A stretch of 64,000 bases of DNA from Octopus sinensis (Eukaryota). The notes beneath the pieces are model-generated. The model worked only from the letters and a program-made list of their open reading frames with translations, ran no database searches and was not told where the DNA came from. The translations under genes were made by a program, and so were the position numbers. Location: NCBI RefSeq assembly GCF_006345805.1, contig NC_043016.1, positions 5,642,001-5,706,000 on the forward strand, in the 5' to 3' direction. The stretch's first letter is position 1; each line of letters starts with the position of its first letter. Below are positions 23,826 to 37,270 of the stretch, piece by piece.

Positions 23826-24345
23826 CTGCTTTTTCTAGCAGGCCCAAGGGATCTGACTGCTATTTCTATCATATACATAAGATTTGACTGCTGTTTCTAG
23901 CAGATCCAGATTTGACTGCTCGTTCTAACAGATACAAGAGATTTGATTGCTACTTCTAGCAGACCGAAGAGATTTGACTGCTGTTCCTAGCAGATCCAGA
24001 CTTGACTGTTTGTTCTAGCAAATTCAAGAGATTTCACTGCTATTTCTAGCAAATCCAGATTTGACTACTATTTCTCCAAGAGAATTTGACTGCTATTTCT
24101 AGCATATCCAAGGAATTTGACTGGTATTTCTAGCAGACCCAAAGACTTTGCTGTTTCTAGCAGATCCAAATTTGACTGATATTTCTAGCATATCCAAGGA
24201 ATTTGACTGCTATTTCTAGCAGATCCAGATTTGACTACTATTTCTAGTAAATCCTAGAGAATTTGACTGCTATTTGTAGCATATCCAAGGAATTTGATAG
24301 CTATTTCTAGAAGATCCAAAGAATTTGACTGCTGTTTCTAGCAGA
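23826..24345. repeat. Degenerate 28/31-bp minisatellite, ~17 units
   Basis: Core ATTTGACTGCTATTTCTAGCA with GATCCAG or xATCCAAGGA linkers. Confidence 0.93.
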
Positions 24346-24439
24346 GCATGTAGGACGATTTCCAGGAGGGTGGACTGCTAAAAAAATGCAATGAAATCTG
24401 GATATGCAAGAAACAGCAGTCAAATCTCTTATATGGAAA

Positions 24440-24635
24440 TCTTCCTGTGTATGTGTGAGAGTGCGTGTGTGCTAGTCACCCTCCCCCCATCACCACCAGC
24501 ACGTTTGACAACCGATGTCGGTGTGTTTATGTTGACGAAGCTGATCGTCTTGGCAAAAAGCGACCGATGGAATAAGTACTAGGCTTACAAGGAATAAGTC
24601 CTGGGATCGATTTGTTTTAGCCGCAGTCAATATGT
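24440..24635 (+). mobile_element. SINE family A tail fragment
   Basis: TTGACAACCGATGTCGGTGTG...AATAAGTACTAGGCTTAC...GCCGCAGTCAA. Confidence 0.8.
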
Positions 24636-24789
24636 GGGGAAAAAAGTTAAAATTGAAGAAGTTGGGCGGGGGGGGGGGGGGACAAAATTTTACAATGCCG
24701 ATTTTTGGCAATTTTCCGGAACCTCTATATCCGAAAATGGGGATTTTTGACACAAAAAAAAAAATTACAAACATAAACAAATTTCGGAG

Positions 24790-25931
24790 AAAATGCGGGG
24801 TGGTGATAAGAATGTGGGAATTGAGGAAAAGATTGCAAAGGTGAAGAATTTAATAAGAGTAAGACTGGATGAAGAGGCATTTGGTAGCGAGGAAAGAGCA
24901 GTACTGTTGGAGAGAGAGAGAGTCGAGAAATTTGCGGAATTGTTCGGAACAAGAATAAGGAAAACTGGACAGTACTTTCAATACGAGACATTACCAAATG
25001 TTGAGGAGTTTGATGACTTGACGGATTACATGCGAAATATGTAAAATCGTATAAAAGACTGATAAAATTTCGATTTATTGGAACAGTAAAATTGAACTAC
25101 TTGCTTTGGGGAGTGGGTAAGCCATTGCATTCTTTCATTTCTTATTCATTATATTCATATTATATTCGATGTTTTATGTACCCCACGTTTGTGTTTTCTG
25201 TCCTTGTGATTTCCCCTCTTCTTTGAGGCTTTATGCCTAAAATAAAGAGATATTCCTGTTTCTTGTCTGTTTTTAGATAGTGTTGTTGATGCGAGTTGTG
25301 CGTTGTTGTACTTTGGATACTGTTATATTGTCGAAATTTTGAGATTTATTAATTGTTTTTGTAGGAGAGAGAAAAATAGCCAGAGAGGAGAAATGTGAGA
25401 AGTGGAAAGAGGAAGCAAGGAGGAAAATGGAATATGGGATACAAAGCATGCCGCTGAATGGACGGAATTGCAGAGTGATGGTTATTTACGACAAGGATAT
25501 GGAACTTGAAAAAAAGATAACGAAAAGTCAAGAATTTAATAAGAGTGAGATGAAGAGGTGTTTGGTCACGAGGAAAGAGCAGCACTGTTGGAGAAAGAGA
25601 GAGCGGAGAGATTGATGGAATTGTTAGGAACAAGAATAAGGATAACTGGATTGTACATTCAGTACGACACACCACTTAATGTTGTCGAGTTTGATGACTT
25701 GATAGATTACTTGTGGAATATAAAAGACTGATGAAATTTCGATTTATTGGAACAGTAAAATGGAACTGCTCGCTTTGGGGAGTGGGTAAGCCATTGCATT
25801 CTTTCTTATTCATTATATTCATATTATATTCGATGTTTTATGTACCCCACGTTTGTGTTTTCTGTCCTTGTGATTTCCCCTCTTCTTTGAGGCTTTATGC
25901 CTAAAATAAAGAGATATTCCTGTTTCTTGTC
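24790..25931 (+). repeat. Two tandem diverged copies of a ~500-bp unit (possible LINE 3' end)
   Basis: Copies ~24790-25267 and ~25400-25931; residual coding-like text and AATAAA near each 3' end. Confidence 0.8.
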
Positions 25932-26457
25932 CCACGAGGGTGTCATTGCCGTGATGCACTTTGGTGTGGTTGAACCACAGTGATGACATGAAATGGCCAT
26001 CGGTATATTTGAATTGATCTTGTGGAAGTCTGTTTGTCTATGAACTTTGGACGTACTTTATGTCAGGTAAAAAAAAAATTTTTTTAAAGATTTTTAATCG
26101 TTTGATAAAACATTCTTAGTTGTTTGATATTGTATCTTAGTTTATGGGTGTTTTTGTCTTTTGGTAGTATGGCACACTTTTGGATTTTTAGTCGTTTATT
26201 TACCTTTTTGATATTCACATATATATTTTTATCTTCTGTGTTTTTATGTATATGCATATCTTTTTATAAAATGGTGATATCTATATATGATTAAATATTT
26301 GAGGTATGATGTTATATATTAAGTCATTGACTGGAATTTAATGTTTGTTTTATGACCAATGTTTATTCATCTTTGTCTCATTTGAGCACTCCTTTATGGA
26401 GTCCTGTCAGCCCTTTTGTTTCTATAAAAGGGACAAATGTTATATCTTGCATAGATA

Positions 26458-26830
26458 CATCATCATCATCATCGTTCAACGTCCATTCTCCATGCTAGCA
26501 TGGGTTGGACGGTTCGACCGGTGTCTGGGAAGCCAGGAGGCTGCACCAGGCTCCAGTCTGATCTGGCAGTGTTTCTACAGCTGGATGCCCTTCCTAACGC
26601 CAACCACACTGTGAGTGTAGTGGGTGCTTTTTACGTGCCACCAGCACAGGGGCCAGGCAAGGCGGCGCTGGCATCTGCCACGTTCAGATGGTGCCTTTTA
26701 CGTGTGACCAGCACAAACATCACAACTACAATTTCCATTTGATTTTTGATGTTGATGTACTTGACTCAATAGGTCTCCTCAAGCACAGCAGGCCGTCCTG
26801 CAATCCAAGGCACTTTAGATGGGCTGGGGC
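26458..26830 (-). mobile_element. SINE family C
   Basis: CATCATCATCGTTCAACGTCC...CTACAGCTGGATGCCCTTCCTAACGCCAACC. Confidence 0.9.
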
Positions 26831-26889
26831 TTCTATGTGAAGCTGTTGCAGGAAAGAGCCATGACTCACGTTCTTTGTTGGGTAAATAA

Positions 26890-27080
26890 AATGATGTTGC
26901 AACGAAGAGTTTTTAGCTGTAATTCAAGTCAAAAATTCAGAGGAGTAGTTGCATGTTATAGTTGCAAAGAATTTAGGTTCAGTGAAAAAGTTACGGTAGA
27001 AAACAAGCAAATTACGTCCAGGATATTTTAATCTGCAAAACGATGGTTCCGAACAGCATGTGCGACTTGTAACTAGGAAG
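26890..27080 (+). repeat. Unclassified dispersed repeat, also at ~33845-34020
   Basis: Shared ATGATGTTGCAAC...CAGAGGAG(T/C)AGTTGCATG...GATGGTTCCGAACAG(C/T)ATGTGCGAC. Confidence 0.75.
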
Positions 27081-27299
27081 AAGTGACAAAAATATCAGGG
27101 AGAATTGTGTAAATAACAGAGCCGAGTTGAATGTGATGTGTATATATCGTGTTTAGCAGGTTATCATAAAAATAAAAAGAATTATATTTGTCTATTGATT
27201 TTATTACACAGCTGATTTACGATGTTATTATCAAGTTCACCACCTCAAATCGAAATGTTGGGGTTACTGCTAATGACTATGCCATATGCCCGTGAGCAA

Positions 27300-29325
27300 T
27301 AATTTGAATTTTTCGGGTTACACAACATAAGAAACTTTTTTATTGTATTTTTTTTATTGTTTATCAATCCATTTTTTCTTCTGATTCCAAAAATGAATTT
27401 CTTTTTTTTTTGTGTGTGTGTGTATCATCAACAGTTTAAAAAAATGTCGACTTTGAATGTTATTCTATATTCGGTATTACTAAATATATGTCTAATTTTT
27501 TCTTTGAGAATAATTACTAAGTTTTGCTAATTTCAGGATGGCTACTAGAGTATGTAAAAATTCTGCAGATACATTTTGCTATGTGTGTGGTTATTATATT
27601 GGAAAAAAAGCAGGTATTACATGAGATTGTGAAAGGTGAAAAATTGTGGATAGCAAACAGACTCTATTTTGGAATGCCCATGGGTGACCAGGAAAAACCA
27701 TGGGCCCCCACATGTGATATGTGGAAGCTGTCAGTCTACTCTAGAATGATGGTTAAGAGGTACAGGAAGGTCAATACCTTTTGCCATTGCAAGGGAGTGG
27801 AGAGAGGCAAAGAACCATCACGATGACTGCTACTTTTGTATGATCAATGTGACAAAGTACAGAAAAGTGAAAGGAAGACAAGCTCTTCAGTATCCAGACA
27901 TACCATCATCTAGAGCACCTGTCCCACATGATGACAGTTTACGAGCAGCACTAGCACCAGAAAATATTCCAATTGAAGAGTCAACAAGTAGCAGCAGCCA
28001 AGAAATGGGGAAGCTTTTGTACGAAGAACGACTTTGGAGCCTCACTTACCAAATCAGAGTGAGCTAGATGATTTATTCAGAGATGAAGGTTGAAGGAATG
28101 GAATCTACTGGGGGAAGACTGCAAGACATCTGTGTACTGGAAAAACCATGAAGAATTTGAAATTTATATGAAAATATGATCTGTGTTATTGTAATGATGT
28201 GATTGGTTTGTTTACTGCTATTGGGCTGAAGCATGATTCTGCAGACTGGCTACCGTTCATTGATAGGTTAACACAAAGTCTCAAAGCAGTGTTGCTCCAC
28301 AATGGAAATAAATATCCTTGTTTGCCTCTTGCACACTCCATACAGAAGAAAGAAAATTATGATAATGTCAAAGAACTTGTTGAGAAAATAAATAACGCTG
28401 AGTTGAAGTGGGATGTTTGTGGTGATTTCAAGATGCTTGCATTCTTGCTCGGCTTACAAAGGGGATACACAAAGTATTCATGTTTCATTTGCTTATGGAA
28501 CAGCAGAGCTGATGATGATCATTACAAGAGTGGAACTGCAGCCAGGAATGTTAAACGTTGTCAAACAGCCTGTAGTAGATTCCAACAAGATCTTATTAGC
28601 CTCACTTCGTAGCAAACTCGGATTGTTAAAACAGTTTGTGAAGGCGTTAGATTTTAGAGGAGAAGCTTGTCAAAGAACCTAAAAAGAGCGATGAGAAAAG
28701 TTGAAAAAGAAGCTTGGTGTGCATTTTGCGACGTAGTTTGTGGGTGTCTAGGAAATCACAAGGATCCTAATTACAAACAGCTGGTAGCAAAGCTTATTGA
28801 AAACTTGAAGAAATGGTTCATTTTTTGCCTTCTCACCTGGATTTTTTCCCCTGAAAACTTGGGTGATGTCAGTGAGGAGAATGGTGAGAGATTTCATGAG
28901 GTACATGGCATCTATGGAAAGAAGATACCATAGATGATGGGAGATTATATATGGTCTCTAGTCATAAGAGATGAAGGTATACACTCTAGAAAATGTCGAT
29001 CGTCAAAGCACTTCTCATGTTAAGAAAAGAGTTATGAAGGCATTTACAGTGTAGAGTTTTATTGTTTCTTCTTGTTCTAATATTATACTTCTTAAATACC
29101 TTTGAAAATATAAAAAAGTACTAAATGTTGTGTAATTATCCTTACAATACTAGAATAGATTGCAGCAACGAAGTGCTGTAGAGAAAATTTAGAAATAAAA
29201 CGAGCGAATATGAAATTTGGAATAAATAAATAACGTCAAAAGGAATGTGATTTTTGAATTTAGTGGCAAAAAATGCATATATGAACATTAAAAAATACAA
29301 ATAAACAAAACGTGTTACATTGTGT
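27300..29325 (+). mobile_element. Degraded DNA transposon, Chapaev-like (CMC superfamily)
   Basis: MATRVCKNSADTFCYVCGYY (27538), LYFGMPMGDQEKPWAP, HDDCYFC, SLKAVLLHNGN, VCGDFKMLAFLLGLQRGYTKYSCFICLW, KLGLLKQFVKA, LGDVSEENGERFH; superfamily assigned from memory; termini uncertain. Confidence 0.65.
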
Positions 29326-29443
29326 CATAAATAGAAAAATAGTAATCTCATTGTAAGGGAAGTGACTCAAATAACATTTACGAAACTGTCGAACGAGAGT
29401 TACTGCCCTTATAATGAGATAAACTATTTTGTAAAGAGGTTTT

Positions 29444-32400
29444 ATAATAATAATAATAATGAAATTATTGTATACAGTGCTCAGGTGCACCACAACTTGT
29501 CAGAAAGTGCATATAAAGTACATGCAGTAATGTAGAAATGTCTGGAAAGTGAACATGCTTGTGTGTGAATGGAGGGGAGAAAATCAAGTGTAGTGTTGGC
29601 GAATCTCAGGAAGCATGGAAGTCTTGAAGGATGCAGTGCTCCGACAACTAACAACTAATGCCGGCAGTTTGTTCCACGCTTCAGCAACTCTCAGCGTGAA
29701 AAAATGTTTCCTGAAGTCATCGGAGCTGTGCTGTTTTCTTACTTTGTAAATATATCCACGGGTGTTAGATGGGTGGAGTTTGAAGAGGTGCTCAGTGTTA
29801 TTGTTTGTGCGATGGTTGATAATTTTATGGGTGTCTGCCAGGTCAGCTGCCAGACGTCGGAGTTTCAATGTGTCCATGCCCAGGGAAGTAAGGCGTTCAG
29901 GATATGGCAAATGCCTGATGGAGGGTATTCTTTTGGTTGTACGTCGCTGAACAGCTTCCAGACGATTGATGTCCTGGGCAAGATAGGGGTTCCAGACCGG
30001 TGATGCAAATTCCAGGTGAGGTCTTACCATAGCTATATAAAGCCGCAGATAGATAGCCGGAGAGCGGCTCACAAAGGATTTGGTGAGTGATGCCAAGACA
30101 CCCTCAGCCTTCTTGACAATTTTGGCGATGTGTTTTGTCCAACGCAAATCACTGTCGACAATAACACCCAGGTCACGTTCACTTGAAGACTTTTGAGACT
30201 AGTGTTGTGGAGGGAGTAGGTGGACGCTGGGTTTCTCCTCCCAAAATGCATGGTGGTACATTTGTCCACAGCCAGCTTGAGTTGCCAGTCCATGATCCAC
30301 TGCTGCATTGTGTCCAGGTCTGCTTGCAATAGAGATCCATAGTGTATAGGATTTGACCTCTTTATTTCGAGGTACAGCTTGATGTCATCTGCATATTTCA
30401 GCACTGTGGCATTCTTTAAGTTGGCATCTATGTCATTAACATATGCAACAAATAAAAGGGGGCCAAGAACAGATCTCTGCGGCACACCAGATGTCATCTC
30501 ATAGGGCGAAGAGTGCTGTCCTAGAACTATGACAACCTCTTTTCGGCCGAAAATAAAGGACTTTAACCAGTTATAGAGTTCGTCTCTTACACCCATCGCA
30601 GAAAGCTTCACCATAAGTCTTTTGTGTGGCACAGAGTTAAAAGCCTTAGCAAAGTCCAGGTAAACAACATCCACCCAGGATCCGCGATCAGTGTTTGGGT
30701 AACATCCTCAAGAAACTCGATGAGTTGATTACAGCAGCTGGAGTTAGGAATAAATCCGAATTGTGACGGCTGGATGAGGCTGTGAGACTTCCAGAAGTTC
30801 CAGAGGGTTTCTCTGATACAGGATTCCATCAGTTTGGCGATGCAGCTGGTAAGACTGACGGGCGATAGTTGACAGGCGATGTGCGGTCGCCTTTTTTGAA
30901 CAGAGGGCTGACACTGGCAGTTTTCCACTGTTCTGGAGTAACACCATTGTCAAGACAGAATTGGAAGAATAGAGAAAGTTGGCTTAGAAGAAAGTACCCA
31001 CCGCGTTTGAGAAGTAGGTATGTAACACCATCGAGACCAGGAGAGGCATAATTGCGTTTATTCTTTAGGTGGCGTTGCAGCATTGCTGGTGTAAATTGCA
31101 TAGAAGATATAGAGTCCGATGTCAGTGGTGATGATGATGGAACATTTTGGTCTTCGACAGTAAAGATGCTGGCATAGCATCCAGCAATGATTTCTGCACA
31201 TTCTTCGGGATTGCCAGTAATCTGTCCTGTGTGGGGATTGCGAAGGGGACCAACAGGAGAGTGGGGTCTCTGCTTTGAGTGCACATACTTCCAGAACCCT
31301 TTGCTGTCAGGGTTAGCTGCAATGCGTTGTTCAAATTCAAGCACTGCCTTTTTTGTCACCTGCTTGAGGTGGTTGGCTGACCTATTGCGCTTTTTCCTGT
31401 TGCTCTCTGATTTGTGCAATTTGTATTCCCATTCAGCATTACGGCGTTCCTTCCTGGCAAGTCGGACCGCCGCAGTCTCCCAAATTGCACCATTGGGTGG
31501 TTTTTTGTGCTTGCGTGGTACTGATGCTGCACATGCTGCCCATATTGAATTCAGAATGTTCTGGAGTATAGTGTCCACATCTCCAGAGGCATAAAATTCG
31601 CGCCAGTTCGGGCGTTGCAGCTCAGTACAATAAGAGCTCCAGTTTGCTTTTTATTCCAGTCAAAGCGGGCAATCTGAAGATGGTTGTGTTTTTTGTTACA
31701 ACCAATCAGAGACAAGTCGGCCATGATCATGGAATGATCAGAGTCACCCAAAGGTTCTTCGGTAGCGACACTAATGATTGTTTCAGAAGAAGCGGTAAGT
31801 AGCAGATCCAAAGTGTTGTTACCCCTTGTGGGGGAGGTAACAACTTGGGACCAATTCGAATTCAGCACCAGTTCAAGGAAATCGTCTGCACTTTGCGGCC
31901 AACGGAAGGCCTCCCAGTCAATCTCAGGGAAATTGAAGTCCCCCGCAACATACACATATGTGGCTGTTTTCATGGCAGCCGCCCTGAGGATATCAAAAAG
32001 CTGTGCGTCTTGGCGATAATTTGGAGGACGGTAAACGACTCCGAGCAGAAGTGTTGACATGGTCATGTGTACATTGCAGAAAAATACCTCCTGCTGAGAT
32101 TGGTTCAAATCATCACGGGATTGCCGATAGACTTGATCGAACATAAATCATCACACCCCCTCCACGGCGATTAATGCGGTCTTTGCGGAACAGGTTGTAG
32201 CCGGCTATGCTGAAAACTCCATCACAGAGTGCAGAGTGTGCCCACGTTTCCATGACTGTGATGAAATCTGGGTTGATACTTTTGACGTAGGAGACAAAAA
32301 ATGCACCTTGTTACATAAGCTACGGGCATTCAAGGACAGCAGTTTATATCTGGAATTCAGATGATGATATACAGGGGATGGCTGATTGTTCTTGGTTAGT

Positions 32401-32870
32401 TTCCCAAGATTTTTGCATTGCCAGTTGTTGTTGTGGGTGTAGTCTGCTCAGTCCAACTGGCATCCCTTATCAACGACTCACCAGACTTGACGAATTTCCA
32501 GATCTGCCCATCATCGCGGAGGCTAAAACTCTACCGTGGCACAGAGTTGCGATTTAGGGAAGCCACGGATCTTATCTTTGGGCGTACATCGGGTGGTAGG
32601 CCAGGACGTGTTCTAAAGTTGATAATGTTGTCACGCCGAGCTCTATCAGCAGCCAGATGGAATGTCCGCGCCTCAGTATAGCCCGTAAACAACAGCCAGA
32701 TCAGCCTGGGTTTGGATCCCGGTCGGCCAAGGCGGGAAGCACTTTTTGGAGGGACACAGCTGAGATCCCTAGCTGTGTTTCCAATGAATGCCTGCAGATC
32801 TGCCACATCTTCCGGCACTCCGATTGCTATTAATTCATGCAACAGCTAAGCAAGAAAGAAAAATACCGCA
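29444..32870 (-). mobile_element. CR1-clade LINE, near full length, frameshifted
   Basis: ORF1 C-terminus (32531-32842); LLSLNARSLCNK (~32340), VVYRPP, VAGDFNFP, LDLLL, GDSDH; NYRP, QFGF, VYLDFAKAFNSVPH, SGVPQRSVLGPLLF, KYADDIKL, RPHLEFASPVWNP; (ATT)n tail. Confidence 0.95.
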
Positions 32871-33404
32871 AATCCTTGAGTATAATACGCAGGGGATTTT
32901 TAGGGGGCTGTACTTGTGAAAAACGTAAAGCTTGCGAATAGTACGCACTCCTTCTCTAACTTGATTCAAGGAGGTCTATATAACATCCTTAGTTTTTTAA
33001 AATGTGTACGGTAACGTCCTTTATTAGTATTGTAGATATAATGCAAACGTGTAGCTTTTTTGTGCATTTTGTTTGCAAAAAATAAAGAAATAACAGTAAT
33101 AACGTTTAATAAATGTTACTTACTGCAAGTTATGGATGATTCTTTTATGACTTCATTGCTTTCAGGCTTAGCTTAAGGTATTTTCGCACCCGACATCACA
33201 AAATGCGTCTGAATAAACATTGCCGGACAGCAAATAGAGACTCGGACATTGCTTAGAAAATATTTTTCATTTTTAACTTCGTATATAGTACGCACTAGGG
33301 ATTTTGAACTTTAAATTTTTGGGGAAAAAATGCGGACTATACATGAGGATTTACGGTAGTTTACTTTTGAGAAGAAGGTGAAAAAATTGGTAATTCTACA
33401 AAAA

Positions 33405-33802
33405 TAGGAGTGGCTGTGTGGTAAGTAGCTTGTTTACCAACCACATGGTTCCGGGTTCAGTCCCACTGCGTGGCAGGCATGTGTCTTCTACTATAGCCTC
33501 TGGCCGACCAAAGCCTTGTGAGTGGATTTGGTAGACGGAAACTGAAAGAAGCCCGTCGTATATATGTATATATATATACATGCGTGTTTGTTTGTGTGCC
33601 TGTGTTTGTCCCCCTAATATTGCTTGACAACCGATGCTGGTGTGTTTATGTCCCCGTTACTTAGCGGTTCGGCAAAAGAGACCGATAGAATAAGTACTGG
33701 GCTTACAAAAGAATAAGTTCCGGGGTCGAGTTGCTCGATTAAAGGCGGTGCTCCAGCATGGCCGCAGTCAAATGACTGAAACAAGTAAAAGAGTAAAGAG
33801 TA
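33405..33802 (+). mobile_element. SINE family A, full length
   Basis: TAGGAGTGGCTGTGTGGTAAG head, central TA/TG tract, GAAACAAGTAAAAGAGTA tail. Confidence 0.93.
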
Positions 33803-34044
33803 TATAAAAATGTGAGTTCTGAGATGTCAGACAACAAAAATGTGTTCCAATGATGTTGCAACAAAGATTTTGTAACTCCCATTCAAATCAGAAACTCAGA
33901 GGAGCAGTTGCATGTCACAGTTGATGCTCAGGTAAAAAGTTGTGGCAGAAAATAGGGAACTACGTCTATGATATTCTAATATATGATGGTTCCGAACAGT
34001 ATGTGCGACATGGAACCAGCGTGATGAATGTGAAAATGCGATGC

Positions 34045-34228
34045 GTGTGTGTATGTATGTATGTTTGTATGTATGTATGTATGTATGTATGTTTGTATGT
34101 ATGTATGTACGTATGTATGTATGTATGTATGTATGTATGTATGTATGTATGTTTGTATGTATGTATGTATGTGTGTGTGTATGTATGTATGAATGCATGT
34201 ATGTTTGTATGTATGTATGTATGTATGT
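34045..34228. repeat. (GTAT)n microsatellite
   Basis: Direct reading. Confidence 0.95.
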
Positions 34229-34679
34229 TTTGCAGATTATTTTTAAAAAATAAAATAATTCATATTGTTACACACAAAAAAAATTGTCAGTAGCCGGCGT
34301 TTTTAACCAGCGAGGTGAATGTGGAAAATGTTGTGTGTGAGTATGTATGTATAATGTTTTGCAGATTATTAAAAAAAAATTTATATTTCTTGATTTTGTT
34401 ATACAAAAAAAAATTGTCAATGGACGACGCTCTTAACCTACTAGATCCTCTAACGTAAATTCTAAACAACAGTCTTTGTGTTACCTTAACTAGTCAGGCC
34501 ATTTGCCGGTCGGGAAGAATGCAGTCAACTTTATTGTATTTAAATTTTAAAATATTAATCACATTGCAAGGGAAGTAACTCTAGTTTTTGAAACAGCAGA
34601 ATTTTTTTCTATCTCCCATGACGCGCAGTGTTTTCCTCCCTTACAATGAGATTACAATTTTGACAGAGAACAATAACAG

Positions 34680-34835
34680 CATCATTTCGTCCATCTTTAC
34701 GATCTGAGTTCAAATGTCGCCAAAGTTGACTTTGCCTTTCATCCTTTCGGGGTCAATAAAATAAGTACCAGTTGAACACTGATGTCGATGTAATCAACTT
34801 ACCCCACCCTTGTGCAAAAATTAGAAACCAATATA
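34680..34835 (+). mobile_element. SINE family B fragment
   Basis: CTGAGTTCAAATG...GACTTTGCCTTTCATCCTTTCGGGGTCAATAAAATAAGTACCAG. Confidence 0.8.
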
Positions 34836-34925
34836 GTATCACAGCAATTTGAGAACTAATCCAAATAATTCAAACACTAAGGAAAATCGTGTGCACGAGT
34901 TGGCTTTACTTTAACCACCGGGCAT

Positions 34926-34977
34926 GTGCCGCTGTGCCGCTGTGCCGCTGTGCCGCTGTGCCGCTGTGCCGCTGTGC
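34926..34977. repeat. (GTGCCGCT)6 octamer repeat
   Basis: Direct reading. Confidence 0.9.
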
Positions 34978-35399
34978 ATTGCAGCAATCCAGCCTCTGAA
35001 GATTTGTCCAAAACCGGCCGCTTTAAGGGCGGCTTCCAAGTAGCAGTGGTCTACCTTATCGAAACAAACGCCGGTGTGGGACACACCATTCCATGGTTGA
35101 CTTGTATCTTCAAGAATTTATGTGGAGAAGAAGATATGAGAAAGATAATTTATTTTATAAAATCTTTGAGTGTATTGCAAACTTTCGTTCTTGAATTTTT
35201 AACTAATAAATGTGTTTTAAGCAATATTTTGACTGTTATTTCTAGCAACTCATGTTGATTTGCTTGTAACTTTTAGATATTTAATTTGCTCGCAAATCTT
35301 TTAGTGTTTTTCACTGTTTACTGTGGCTAGTTTAATGCTTTGACAATGCTGGTGTCCAACTCCTTCTCGCTGCTGTGACAGATGATGGAAGACTTTTGT

Positions 35400-35955
35400 T
35401 AGCCGCTCTCCAGCCATCTATTTAAAACTGTATACAGCTATGGTACGACCACACTTGGAATTCGCATCATCAGTTTGGAACCCCTATCTTGCACAGAACA
35501 TTGACCTCCTGGAATCTGTCCAGAGACGTGCAACCAAACGCATACCCTCCATCAGACTCCTACCATATTCTGAGCGCCTTGTTTCCCTGGGCATGGATTC
35601 ACTGAAGCTCCGGCATTTGGCGACGGACTTGGTAAACACCCACAAAGTTATCAACCACCTCACCAACAACAACACTGAACACCTTTTTGATCTCCATGTG
35701 TCTAACACACGTGGACATGCCTACAAAGTCAGAAAACAGCACAGCTCCCATGACTTTCGGAAACATTTTTTCACGCTCAGAGTTGCTGAAGCATGGAATA
35801 AACTGCCTGCGTCAGTTGTTGACTGCCATGACACTGCATCTTTTAAGGCCCTCATGCTTTCCGAAATCCGCCGAAACTACACCTGATTATATATACACTT
35901 TCGATGAGTTGTAGTGCACCTGAGCACTGTACACAATGTTTATTATTATTATTTA
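35400..35955 (+). mobile_element. CR1 LINE 3' fragment, same family as 29444-32870 in opposite orientation
   Basis: MVRPHLEFASSVWNPYLAQ...FFTLRVAEAWNKLP; GTGCACCTGAGCACTGTA then (ATT)n tail. Confidence 0.93.
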
Positions 35956-36132
35956 AGAGGCAGTGAACATGCTGTTTTCTGATTGGCTGAAAATCCTGAA
36001 AATTATGAAACTTTGAACACCTGTAACATTTATGCAAAATTTTCTGGAATAAATGAATAACAAATTCAGATTTGGCATTAAATATTACGTCTATATGATA
36101 CACTAGAAATTTTTTTTAAAGATTTTCACATG

Positions 36133-36535
36133 TAGGCGTAGGAGTGGCTGTGTGGTAAGTAGCTTGCTTAACAACTACATGGTTCCAGGTTCAGTCCCAC
36201 TGTGTGGCACCTTGGGCAAGTGTCTTCTACTATAGCCTCGGGCCTACCAAAGCCTTGTGAGTGGATTTGGTAGACGGAAACTGAAAGAAGCCCGTTGTAT
36301 ATATGTATGTGTATATGTCTGTGTGTCTGTGTTTGTCTCACCACCCCCATCACTTGACAACCAATGCTGGTGTATTTACGTCCTCGTAACTTAGCAGTTC
36401 AGCAAAAAGAGACCGATAAAATAAGTACTAGGCTTACAAAGAATAAGTCCTGGGGTTGATTTGCTCGACTAAAGGCGGTGCTCCAGCATGGCCGCAGTCA
36501 AATGACTGAAACAAGTAAAAGAGTATAAAAGAGTA
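36133..36535 (+). mobile_element. SINE family A, full length
   Basis: Matches the 33405-33802 copy along its length. Confidence 0.93.
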
Positions 36536-37165
36536 TGCAGTGATGATAACCACAAAGATCTTTGTGGTAATTCTAAAGCTGAAAAAAAAATGCTTTGAGC
36601 TGTTGAGAGATGTAGTTTTATAATTAAACTTAAATTCAAAATTTAAACTTTGGAACATATATACAATACTTGCTCTTTCCTAAAATGAGACCAGTTTTCA
36701 ATGCCTCACTGAAATAATGAATTTTACAGTGGCAATATATGAGTGTGCGTATTTGTGTGTGTGTCTTTTATGGCCTGTGGTCAATCTAAGGTCACTGTGG
36801 TCAGTCATGTACTGAAAGAAGGAATTTGAACTAGAGATGATAGCTTATTTCTATCAATCTCTTTATCTATCTGTATATACATCCATGCTCTCTCTCACAC
36901 AAACACACTCACAGATACATACATTTTTTTTGAGTCTTTTGTTGCTTTCTGTCCCGAAAGGAACTTACAATTAATTGCAATGGGAATTGTGGCTGCTTTT
37001 GGAATCGGTAGCAAAGTGTTTTTTTTATTGAATGAATTGATGTCACTAATATGGTTAAAACTGGTTATTTATCAAAAAAGAGGATCCATTACATTTTCTA
37101 CAATATTTCTGTTTATTGAAAGAGAGCCTCTGTATGCAAGACTGCTGAGAGGCAGAGTCCTCCTG

Positions 37166-37270
37166 TATTGAGTGCTACATTACCCTTCATAGCAGGAGGG
37201 CCCTATAACTGTGATGCCTATTGAGTGCTACATACCATTCATAGCAGGAGGGCCCTATATCTGTGATGCC
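37166..37270. repeat. ~53-bp tandem duplication
   Basis: TATTGAGTGCTACAT...GGAGGGCCCTATA.CTGTGATGCC twice. Confidence 0.9.

Noticed and set aside
23826-24345. CRISPR-like 28-31 bp repeats
   Set aside because: Linkers are short variants of one another, not unique spacers.
34990-35025. Hammerhead-like CTGAAGA...AAAACCGG
   Set aside because: No stem II, and GAAA and the cleavage triplet are not intact.
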